A stretch of 64,000 nt of DNA, taken from NCBI GenBank assembly GCA_022825885.1, contig JAJDVY010000033.1, positions 10,067-74,066 of the forward strand. Direction: 5' to 3'. Source of the stretch: Nitrospirales bacterium (GTDB lineage: Bacteria > Nitrospirota > Nitrospiria > Nitrospirales > UBA8639). Shown here one piece after another: positions 51,799-59,422 of the stretch. Every line of letters starts with the position of its first letter. Position 1 is the first letter of the stretch. The notes under the pieces were generated by a model. It was not told the origin of the DNA and searched no databases. It saw only the letters and a list, made by a program, of their open reading frames with translations. The translations under genes were made by a program, and so were the position numbers.

Positions 51799-53033
51799 GC
51801 CGCCCCCTGTTGTCCAAACGTTTGTTCAAATTTAACCAGGCTCGGTGGAATGCGGAACGGACGTCCGACTGAATCCACAACGGCCTCCTGGGTTTTTAAT
51901 CCGTTGCCGGTGATATAGGCGACGGTCACGTCGTGTTTCTTGATGGCGCCTTGTTTGACGAGCTTGCGAAGGGTTCCGATGGTCACACCTCCCGCTGTTT
52001 CCGCAAAAATACCTTCCGTTTGAGCCAGTAGCTTAATACCTTCTATCACTTCGTCGTCCGTGACCGCATCCATGGCCCCTCCGCTTTCCGCGACGGTTTT
52101 CAGGGCATAGTAGCCGTCCGCGGGATTGCCGATGGCCAGGGATTTGGCAATGGTATTGGGTTTGACCGGTTTAAAGAAGTCGCGTCCGTCTTTAAACGCC
52201 GTGGCGATCGGGGAGCACCCTTCGGCCTGGGCGCCATTGACTTTCGTGGCCACGTCCTTGAGAAGGCCGATTTTTTTGAATTCATTGAGGCCTTTCCAGA
52301 TTTTGGTCAGTAACGATCCCGACGCCATGGGGACAACGACCTGATCGGGCGCTCGCCACCCCAGTTGTTCCGCGACTTCAAAGGCCAAGGTCTTCGACCC
52401 TTCGGCGTAATACGGACGGATATTCACGTTGACGAAGGCCCATCGTCGTTCGCCGGCAATCTCGCTGCACAAACGGTTGACGTCGTCGTAGTTGCCTTCG
52501 ATTTCCACGACTTTCGGCCGGTAGATCAGGTTGCCGAGGACTTTGGCCGCTTCCAGGTCGCCGGGGATGAACACGTAACATTGCATGCCGGCCTGTGCCG
52601 CGTGCGCGGCCACGGAATTAGCCAAATTGCCGGTGGAGGCACAGGCTGCGGTTTCATACCCCAGTTCCCTGGCGCGCGTCAGAGCAACGGCCACGACCCG
52701 GTCCTTAAACGACAGGGTCGGCTGGTTGACGCAGTCGTTCTTAATATACAGTTCATCGAGGCCCAAAAAGGCTCCCAGATTTTTGGCGTGAACGAGCGGC
52801 GTCATGCCGGCGTGCAGACCGATCGTCGGGCTGCCTTCGATCGGGAGCAATTCCTTGTACCGCCACAGCGACTTGGGACCGGCTTCGATCGTGGCTCGTG
52901 ACATCACCTCCTTGATTTCATCGTAGCTATATTTGACTTCCAGGGGTCCAAAGCACAGTTCACAGACGTGAAAGGCTTCCGTGGGATATTCCTTACTGCA
53001 TTCCCGGCAAATGAGGGCTTTCATCTTTGCCAT
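51795..53033 (-). CDS. thrC: Threonine synthase-like PLP enzyme with N-terminal zinc ribbon
   Basis: Start refined to ATG 53033 after GGAGG. It has CRECSKEY....CELC (a Zn ribbon), the ..PTLSFKDRV.. PLP-lysine block, and the Thr-synthase fold pattern. Confidence 0.75.
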   Translation of the reverse strand: MAKMKALICRECSKEYPTEAFHVCELCFGPLEVKYSYDEIKEVMSRATIEAGPKSLWRYKELLPIEGSPTIGLHAGMTPLVHAKNLGAFLGLDELYIKNDCVNQPTLSFKDRVVAVALTRARELGYETAACASTGNLANSVAAHAAQAGMQCYVFIPGDLEAAKVLGNLIYRPKVVEIEGNYDDVNRLCSEIAGERRWAFVNVNIRPYYAEGSKTLAFEVAEQLGWRAPDQVVVPMASGSLLTKIWKGLNEFKKIGLLKDVATKVNGAQAEGCSPIATAFKDGRDFFKPVKPNTIAKSLAIGNPADGYYALKTVAESGGAMDAVTDDEVIEGIKLLAQTEGIFAETAGGVTIGTLRKLVKQGAIKKHDVTVAYITGNGLKTQEAVVDSVGRPFRIPPSLVKFEQTFGQQGAA

Positions 53034-53065
53034 GGTTGAACCTCCTTCCGCATCCGGATCGTCAA

Positions 53066-53893
53066 CTAGGAAGTCCCGAGCACCCCGGGCACTTGCAGTT
53101 GGCACGCTTCCTGTTCGTGTTCAAACAGTTCGGTAATGTCCGGATGGTCTCCGCACAAGGGACACCTGGGATTTCGTTTCGTCTTGATTTCACGAAATGC
53201 GGTTTTTCGAGCATCAAAGTCGAGGATCCGGTCGGTGAGCGGATTCCCAATCCCAAGAATCAATTTCAGCGCCTCCGTGGCCTGAATGGTCCCGATAATG
53301 CCGGCCACGACGCCGATGATGCCGGCTTCCTGGCAATTGGGCACCAGCCCGGGTGGCGGTGGATGATTGAAAATGCACCGATAGCAAGCAGATTGCCCGG
53401 GCACGATGGAGAACACCCGGCCCTCGAACCGGAGGATTCCGCCGTGGACAAGGGGTTTGCCCGCAAAATAACACGTATCATTGATGAGAAACTTGGCCGG
53501 AAACGTATCCACGCCATCAATGACCACGTCATAGGGCGCGATGTAATCCATCGCATTGGAGGCGGTGAATCGATCTTCGTAGGTTTCAACGTTCACGTCG
53601 GGATTCAGAAGAAAGATTTTTTCTTTCGCCGATTGTACCTTGGACCGTCCGACGTCGGGTGTATGGTGCAAGACTTGTCGTTGAAGATTGGACCGGTCGA
53701 CGACGTCGCTGTCTATCAAGCCAATCGTCCCGATACCGGCTGCGGCCAAATACAAGGCGACGGGGGAACCGAGCCCACCCGCTCCGACGACAAACACTTT
53801 CGCCCGGGCAATTTTTTTCTGGCCCTTTCCCCCGACCTCCGGTAACAGGATGTGCCGGCTATATCGGGTGATTTGTTCGTCCGAGAAACTCAT
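53066..53893 (-). CDS. ThiF/MoeB-type E1-like adenylyltransferase (copy 2; no rhodanese domain)
   Basis: RYSRHILLPEVGGKGQKKI, VVGAGGLGSP, CYRC and CPLC. It is a clear paralog of 50475..51275. Confidence 0.88.
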   Translation of the reverse strand: MSFSDEQITRYSRHILLPEVGGKGQKKIARAKVFVVGAGGLGSPVALYLAAAGIGTIGLIDSDVVDRSNLQRQVLHHTPDVGRSKVQSAKEKIFLLNPDVNVETYEDRFTASNAMDYIAPYDVVIDGVDTFPAKFLINDTCYFAGKPLVHGGILRFEGRVFSIVPGQSACYRCIFNHPPPPGLVPNCQEAGIIGVVAGIIGTIQATEALKLILGIGNPLTDRILDFDARKTAFREIKTKRNPRCPLCGDHPDITELFEHEQEACQLQVPGVLGTS

Positions 53894-53907
53894 CTTCCTT
53901 GATTCAA

Positions 53908-54837
53908 TTAGATATTAAAATATTTTTCGATACTCAGATACCGTTCACCCGTATCGCACAACACTGTGACGACGTGTTGGTCGGGGTTCAGGTCGTTTGC
54001 GACTTGCTGGGCCGCAAAGACGTTGGCTCCTGCGGAAATCCCTACGAGCAGCCCTTCTTTTTTCGCCAGCAGCTTCGTGGTTTGATAGGCTTGGTCGTCG
54101 GTGACTCGAATAATGTCATCAATGATAGAACGATTCAGGACTTTTGGCACAAAACCGGCGCCGATGCCCTGTATCTTATGCGGTCCGGCTGCTCCTCCCG
54201 AGAGTACCGGGGACCCCGCCGGTTCCACGGCGACGATTTTCGTATTCGGCGCACGTTCTTTCATGACCTCTCCGCAACCGGTAATGGTTCCGCCCGTGCC
54301 GACCGCCGCAACAAACGCATCGATTTTACCGTCCATGGCGTCCCAGATCTCGACCGCCGTCGTTGTCCGGTGAATGGCCGGGTTGGCCGGGTTGGAAAAC
54401 TGGTCAGGCATGAAATATTCCGGGTTTTGGGCAATAATGTTTTCGGCTTCTCGGATCGACCCCTGCATGCCTTCCCAAGCCGGGGTCAAAATCAATTGTG
54501 CGCCATAGGACGACAACAAGCTTGCCCGTTCGAGGCTCATGCTTTCCGGCATGACCAGAATCAATTTATACCCCCGAACCGCGGCGATTAACGCCAGTCC
54601 GATTCCCGTGTTCCCGCTTGTCGGTTCGACAATGGTGCCGCCGGGTTTGAGTGTGCCGTTACGTTCCGCCTCGTCGATCATATTGAGGCAGATCCGGTCC
54701 TTGACGCTCCCGCCGGGGTTGGCGAACTCCACCTTCCCGAAAATCGTGGCGCCGCCTTCCCCGGAAAGGCGATTCAACCGAACCAATGGCGTGCGACCGA
54801 TTCCCTCCGTAATTTTTGATAAATATCGGGTCGTCAC
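53908..54837 (-). CDS. cysM: Cysteine synthase (CysK/CysM family PLP enzyme)
   Basis: ..IGRTPLVRLNRL.., ..NPGGSVKDR.. (PLP lysine), ..TSGNTG.. and ..GTGGTITG.. GTG start in a GTGA overlap with the carrier gene stop. Confidence 0.88.
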   Translation of the reverse strand: MTTRYLSKITEGIGRTPLVRLNRLSGEGGATIFGKVEFANPGGSVKDRICLNMIDEAERNGTLKPGGTIVEPTSGNTGIGLALIAAVRGYKLILVMPESMSLERASLLSSYGAQLILTPAWEGMQGSIREAENIIAQNPEYFMPDQFSNPANPAIHRTTTAVEIWDAMDGKIDAFVAAVGTGGTITGCGEVMKERAPNTKIVAVEPAGSPVLSGGAAGPHKIQGIGAGFVPKVLNRSIIDDIIRVTDDQAYQTTKLLAKKEGLLVGISAGANVFAAQQVANDLNPDQHVVTVLCDTGERYLSIEKYFNI

Positions 54838-55034
54838 GCCCCTCCACCCATGTAGAACAGAAATTCCAACGTATCGCCGTCTTGGACGTTCGTGGTTTCG
54901 AGCCGGTCTCGTTCGACGATTTGAGTATTGAGTTCAACGGCCACCATATGCGGGTCGATATCTTTTTGTTTCAGGACGTCCATAATGGTATCGGCCTGCA
55001 TTTCTTCGGGTTTTCCATTAATGGTGATTTGCAT
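54834..55034 (-). CDS. ThiS-family ubiquitin-like sulfur carrier with a GGG-A C-terminus
   Basis: Start refined to ATG 55034 after GGTGGAG. The 66-aa product is MQITINGKPE...VQDGDTLEFLFYMGGGA*. Confidence 0.7.
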   Translation of the reverse strand: MQITINGKPEEMQADTIMDVLKQKDIDPHMVAVELNTQIVERDRLETTNVQDGDTLEFLFYMGGGA

Positions 55035-55124
55035 GACGTTCTCCACCGTATGGGTATGACTATAAACATGTAAGGATAACAAACTTGTAACAATTTCGTC
55101 AAGAAAATGTGAAAATACAAGGGG

Positions 55125-55853
55125 TTATGAAATCAGTTGAGGCACCAGGTCTTTGGCGTGACCTTGGATGGCTACGTCCACGAGGCTGGAATGAGGCGTC
55201 GGATCGAGATTCAATTCCACCACGAAGGCGCCATTGTCTTTGGCAATGGGCCCGAAAGACGCGGCCGGGTAGACCACGCCTGACGTTCCGATAATCAGGA
55301 GCACGTCGCACTTGCGCAACGCGTCGAAACTTTTTTGCAAATCTTCAGGATCCAGGGATTCCCCAAACCAGACGATGTGAGGCCGAAGCAGCCCCCGGCA
55401 GGTTGCACATTCCGGCAGGATAGCGATGGGAACGTCGCGATTGACGGTAATCCGTCCGCATTGCGTGCAGCGCACTTTCCAAATATTGCCGTGAATTTCC
55501 GACAGGCGTTGAGAGCCGGCCAACGGATGAAGTCCATCGACGTTTTGCGTAATAAGCCAATATTGATCAATCCTGTGCTCCAGTTCCACCAGGGCGGCAT
55601 GGGCCGGGTTGGGGCGTTTGGTTGCAATGAGTTCGCGGCGCCAGTTGTACCATTCCCACACGAGTTTGGGGTTGCGGGCAAAAGCCTCAGGCGAGGCCAG
55701 CTCTTCGGGCCGGTGATCCTTCCACATCCCATCGCCCCCTCGAAACGTCGGCACCCCGCTGTCCGCGGAAATGCCGGCTCCGGTCAGGACCGTCACCGCG
55801 GTGGCGGAGGCAAGTCTCGCCTTCAGCTCCTGAATCGGGGAGGAAGCGTTCAT
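55125..55853 (-). CDS. cobB: NAD-dependent protein deacylase (Sir2 family)
   Basis: GAGISADSGVPTFRG, zinc Cys pairs CTQCG..CATC, and GTSGVVYPAA. Confidence 0.9.
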   Translation of the reverse strand: MNASSPIQELKARLASATAVTVLTGAGISADSGVPTFRGGDGMWKDHRPEELASPEAFARNPKLVWEWYNWRRELIATKRPNPAHAALVELEHRIDQYWLITQNVDGLHPLAGSQRLSEIHGNIWKVRCTQCGRITVNRDVPIAILPECATCRGLLRPHIVWFGESLDPEDLQKSFDALRKCDVLLIIGTSGVVYPAASFGPIAKDNGAFVVELNLDPTPHSSLVDVAIQGHAKDLVPQLIS

Positions 55854-55949
55854 GCTCGAGTAAAACCGTTGATGAGGAGAGGCTATAAATGGCGTTTCAG
55901 CCGCTCCGTATCTTCTGCATCCATAGCTTCTCCGACTCCTGGAGAATCG

Positions 55950-56735
55950 TCAGATTTCGCGGAGGTATTGCTCAAGTAAGGCGTGGTAGGCGCGGATGCG
56001 TTTCACGTACCGGACGGGCTCCCAACCGCGAGCATATCCGTATTGCAACGTTTCGTAGTAGGATTCTTGGGTCAAGAGGGGGAGCGTGGTTTTGAGATCA
56101 TCCCATGAATTGGGATTCTTCCCCACTCGGCGCGCGAGGAGTTGTGCGTCCTTGACGTGTCCCATGCCCACGTTATAGGCCGCCAAGGCAATCGCAATGC
56201 GATCCGTCTTTCCGATGTGACGGGGAAGTCGTCTCTCCAGATTCCTGAAATACCGGGCTCCACCTACGATACTTTTGGTGGGGTCTTCCCGATTTTGGAT
56301 ACCCAGGGACGAAGCCGTGTCGCGGGTCAGCATCATGATGCCTCGAACGCCGGTTGGGCTGACGGCGTGCCGGTCCCAACGTGATTCCTGATACGCTTGG
56401 GCTGCGAGTAACGTCCAGGAAATATTGTAGGCCTTTGCGACGCCTTCAAATTGCCACCGGTACTGCGGCAAGCGAGTTTCAATATGGTGCCGGAAGCGGA
56501 TTCTTTCCCACAAGGGGAGACCGGATGTGACCGGAGCGGGTGCGTGTTGAATGGCTTTGAGTTCGGAATGAGAGGGATTGAATGGAGGAGCCGATGCGTC
56601 AACGGGAATGAGCAGCCATGCCCCTGCCATCACGCTTAGGAGTACTGCAGACGCAACCAAACTGTTTCCAATGGCCGCCGCCGTCTGCAAAATCCCTGAC
56701 TTCTCCGAACGGAGTTTCGATAAAAATGCAATCAT
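55950..56735 (-). CDS. Lytic transglycosylase (SLT domain), membrane-anchored
   Basis: Start refined to ATG 56735, giving an N-terminal TM segment. The SLT motif is AQAYQESRWDRHAVSPTGVRGIMMLT. Confidence 0.8.
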   Translation of the reverse strand: MIAFLSKLRSEKSGILQTAAAIGNSLVASAVLLSVMAGAWLLIPVDASAPPFNPSHSELKAIQHAPAPVTSGLPLWERIRFRHHIETRLPQYRWQFEGVAKAYNISWTLLAAQAYQESRWDRHAVSPTGVRGIMMLTRDTASSLGIQNREDPTKSIVGGARYFRNLERRLPRHIGKTDRIAIALAAYNVGMGHVKDAQLLARRVGKNPNSWDDLKTTLPLLTQESYYETLQYGYARGWEPVRYVKRIRAYHALLEQYLREI

Positions 56736-57050
56736 AAGAACGGTTCGTTGCTCAAGGAGGCTTGAGCCCCAAGACTGCTTCAAACCCTCATCCTTGCACG
56801 GAGCGGGTCTCGTTCGCAAGTCCCTTTTTTTTCGACGTGAGCGGTTTGGGGGATATCGGATACACTCAGCCGGAACGCGTTCGGCATCATCCATCGTGAT
56901 CCCTTGAAGTTGGCTGCAACTGACGCGATTGGCCGAGCGTTGGTGTTCTTCTCCAGGAACGTGTTAGTCTATGCGGGACTCAGGATAAGCATGAACAAGC
57001 CTGATTACCGACAGATTCCGAATGGGTTGATGAAGAAAGGATGAGGAACG

Positions 57051-57476
57051 ATGGTCGAACGAACGTTAGCGATTATTAAACCTGACGCCGTGAAAAAGCG
57101 CGTGATTGGCGACGTTATTCAGCGATATGAAACAGCGGGGCTTCACCCGGTTGCCATGAAAATGATGAGTTTGTCCCAACCAATCGCCGAAGGATTTTAT
57201 GCCGTACACCGTGAACGTCCGTTTTTTCATGAACTTACCGCGTTCATGTCCTCGGGGCCTTCAGTTATCCTTGTCCTCAAAGGGGAAAACGCAATCCAGA
57301 CAAACAGGGATCTCATGGGAGCAACGGATCCCGGCAAGGCGGAGCCTGGAACGATTCGGGCAGCTCATGGGGATTCAATCGAAGCCAATGCCGTTCACGG
57401 GTCTGATTCTCCTGAAACAGCCAAGTTCGAAATAGGATATTTTTTCCCTGGCATGGATTTGCAAGCTGAAAATTGA
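57051..57476 (+). CDS. ndk: Nucleoside-diphosphate kinase
   Basis: [12 protein letters not shown].., and ..NAVHGSDS.. carrying the active-site His. Confidence 0.95.
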   Translation: MVERTLAIIKPDAVKKRVIGDVIQRYETAGLHPVAMKMMSLSQPIAEGFYAVHRERPFFHELTAFMSSGPSVILVLKGENAIQTNRDLMGATDPGKAEPGTIRAAHGDSIEANAVHGSDSPETAKFEIGYFFPGMDLQAEN

Positions 57477-57497
57477 ACACGGCCGCGCCGTCTCAAA

Positions 57498-57525
57498 GTA
57501 GGGAACAACGATCGTTGGTCTCTAC
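57498..57525. repeat. 28-nt palindrome (REP family C), copy 2 (imperfect)
   Basis: GTAGGGAACAACGATCGTTGGTCTCTAC differs at 2 positions from 31789-31816. It lies just downstream of ndk. Confidence 0.8.
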
Positions 57526-57552
57526 GGATCTTCCATAATCATCCTTCTTCAC

Positions 57553-58971
57553 ATGTCGATGTCGTTTCCATATTTACGTTTCCTTGTCGTCACGTTTTCC
57601 GCGCTTCTTTTGTTGAGCGGGTGTCTCCGGTCCGCAGACCCGGATTGGGAGATCGGGATGTTACGTGATGAAACCGAGAGACTCTCATTGCAACAGGCTC
57701 AGCAGGCCTTTCTGGGGGCCGAGTATTCGAAGGCCGTGCAGTTGCTGGACCGGTTTTTGCGTGTGTATCCGCAATCGCCTCGCTTGCCGGAAGTCCGCTG
57801 GTGGTTGGCCCGGGCGTATGAGAAGTCGGGCAGACTGTCCTCCGCCCTGGAGCACCTGCGCTTTTTAGCCGACGCACCGGCCGGAAATTTGTATAAGAGA
57901 GATGCCCGATACCGTGTGACGCAACTTGAGGAACGGCTGGGCAAATCGATGGGGAATACGGCCGGAAAGGGAATCCTGATCTCTCTTGGCTCCGTCCAAA
58001 CGCCGGGTCAGGTGGAACTCGCGCTCTCTGAACTCCGGGGGGTCACAGGCGACACGATTTTGTTGGATGTCCCATGCCGCGTCGACGGAGTCCCGCCGGA
58101 TACCCGCCCATCGTTCTTTTTTGACGCGATGCGCTCCGCCGTTGAGCATCTACGTTCACAGGGGAAAGCCGTCTATCTCGGCGTGACGCTCACGTGTCTG
58201 GGACAGTTTTCCCGGGCACCCGAGTTGGACAATTGGAACGATTGGACCTATGACCCGTCATCGGGAACGTTGCGTCGTGCCTCCTCTTATTCGTTGCATT
58301 TTGAAGGCTACCAGGCCTTCCTTGCGGATTGGCTTGCGCGACTCCGCGACCTGCCGCTGACGGGTTTGGTGATTCGGAACGAGGTTCCCGTGGGCCCGTA
58401 TGAAGGGTTCAGCCCCTTGGCCGTGCGGTTATTTGCCAGGGAATTCGGCGTGGATTTCGACCCGGCTCGCACGTTCAGTGACGACCGGGCCGTGTTTGCA
58501 ACGGATTCCGAGTCCGTCGCTCGCCTTCCGGCCGTGTTTTGGAAGTGGGCCGGATGGAAAGCCAGGGAACGGCTGCGAATTATCCAAGGCCTGGTTCAGA
58601 CGTTGCGCGTTCATCTCCCTCATCTTGAGGTCGGCATAACGGTGCACCTCCAAAGCGTGACCGATCCCATACACGGGTTGATTCATTTTGCCGAAGACTG
58701 GATCGACGTGACACGCGGGCCGTTCGACGTGTTCGTGATGAGGATCGAAGGGTCGGACCGGAAGGTCGTCCATCCCATTTCCCAAGGTTCATCCCCGGAA
58801 TGGTCAGAAAAGAACAATGGCGTTGCCGCTGTCGCGGAGATGGCCCGACATCTCGGCAAGCCTGAAAAAATCTGGACCATCATGGCCCCCCGGTCCGGGG
58901 CCGCGCACATGCCGCCAACCGCGTTGCCGAAGGGAGTCCGCCGTATCTATGAGCGTCGTGGAATGCCTTGA
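57553..58971 (+). CDS. Lipoprotein with an N-terminal TPR/BamD-YbgF-like region and an uncharacterised C-terminal domain
   Basis: A lipobox (LLLSGC). The segment ..AQQAFLGAEYSKAVQLLDRFLRVYPQSPRLPEVRWWLARAYEKSG.. is TPR-like. I did not recognise the C-terminal 330 or so residues with confidence. Confidence 0.5.
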   Translation: MSMSFPYLRFLVVTFSALLLLSGCLRSADPDWEIGMLRDETERLSLQQAQQAFLGAEYSKAVQLLDRFLRVYPQSPRLPEVRWWLARAYEKSGRLSSALEHLRFLADAPAGNLYKRDARYRVTQLEERLGKSMGNTAGKGILISLGSVQTPGQVELALSELRGVTGDTILLDVPCRVDGVPPDTRPSFFFDAMRSAVEHLRSQGKAVYLGVTLTCLGQFSRAPELDNWNDWTYDPSSGTLRRASSYSLHFEGYQAFLADWLARLRDLPLTGLVIRNEVPVGPYEGFSPLAVRLFAREFGVDFDPARTFSDDRAVFATDSESVARLPAVFWKWAGWKARERLRIIQGLVQTLRVHLPHLEVGITVHLQSVTDPIHGLIHFAEDWIDVTRGPFDVFVMRIEGSDRKVVHPISQGSSPEWSEKNNGVAAVAEMARHLGKPEKIWTIMAPRSGAAHMPPTALPKGVRRIYERRGMP

Positions 58972-59038
58972 CAAACGGCGGTCCCTCATTTAAGAAAAGT
59001 TTTAGCTGGACTGTACGCGGGAGCAGGGAAGACCGGAA

Positions 59039-59422
59039 ATGATTCCTGAAGATTTACGGTATCACAAAGAACATGAATGGGTGCGGCTCGACGGGCGAAA
59101 CGCCACGTTGGGGATCAGCGATTTTGCGCAAGACGCCTTGGGTGACGTGGTGTTCGTGGATTTGCCAAAGGTCGATGCCGACATGACCGCAAACGAAGAA
59201 ATCGGCGAAGTGGAATCGACCAAAGCCACGTCCAGCCTGTACTCGCCGGTCAGCGGAAAAATCCTGCAAGTGAACGACGAATTGCAAGACCATCCGGAAT
59301 ATCTGAACCAGGATCCTTATGGAAAAGGATGGATTGCCGTGATCGAACTGACTGATCCCGCCGAAGTCGAAGCCTTGATGACGGCCTCGCAGTATGAGGA
59401 ATTTCTTTCCTCGCAGAGTTAA
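59039..59422 (+). CDS. gcvH: Glycine cleavage system H protein (lipoyl carrier)
   Basis: ..HEWVR.. and ..GEVESTKATSSLYSPVSGKI.. (lipoyl-lysine motif). 127 aa. Confidence 0.93.
   Translation: MIPEDLRYHKEHEWVRLDGRNATLGISDFAQDALGDVVFVDLPKVDADMTANEEIGEVESTKATSSLYSPVSGKILQVNDELQDHPEYLNQDPYGKGWIAVIELTDPAEVEALMTASQYEEFLSSQS

Noticed and set aside
53027-54591. Plus-strand ORFs 53027-53845 (272 aa) and 53899-54591 (230 aa)
   Set aside because: They are antisense to the E1-like and cysteine synthase genes, both of which carry canonical motifs and are translationally coupled to their neighbours.
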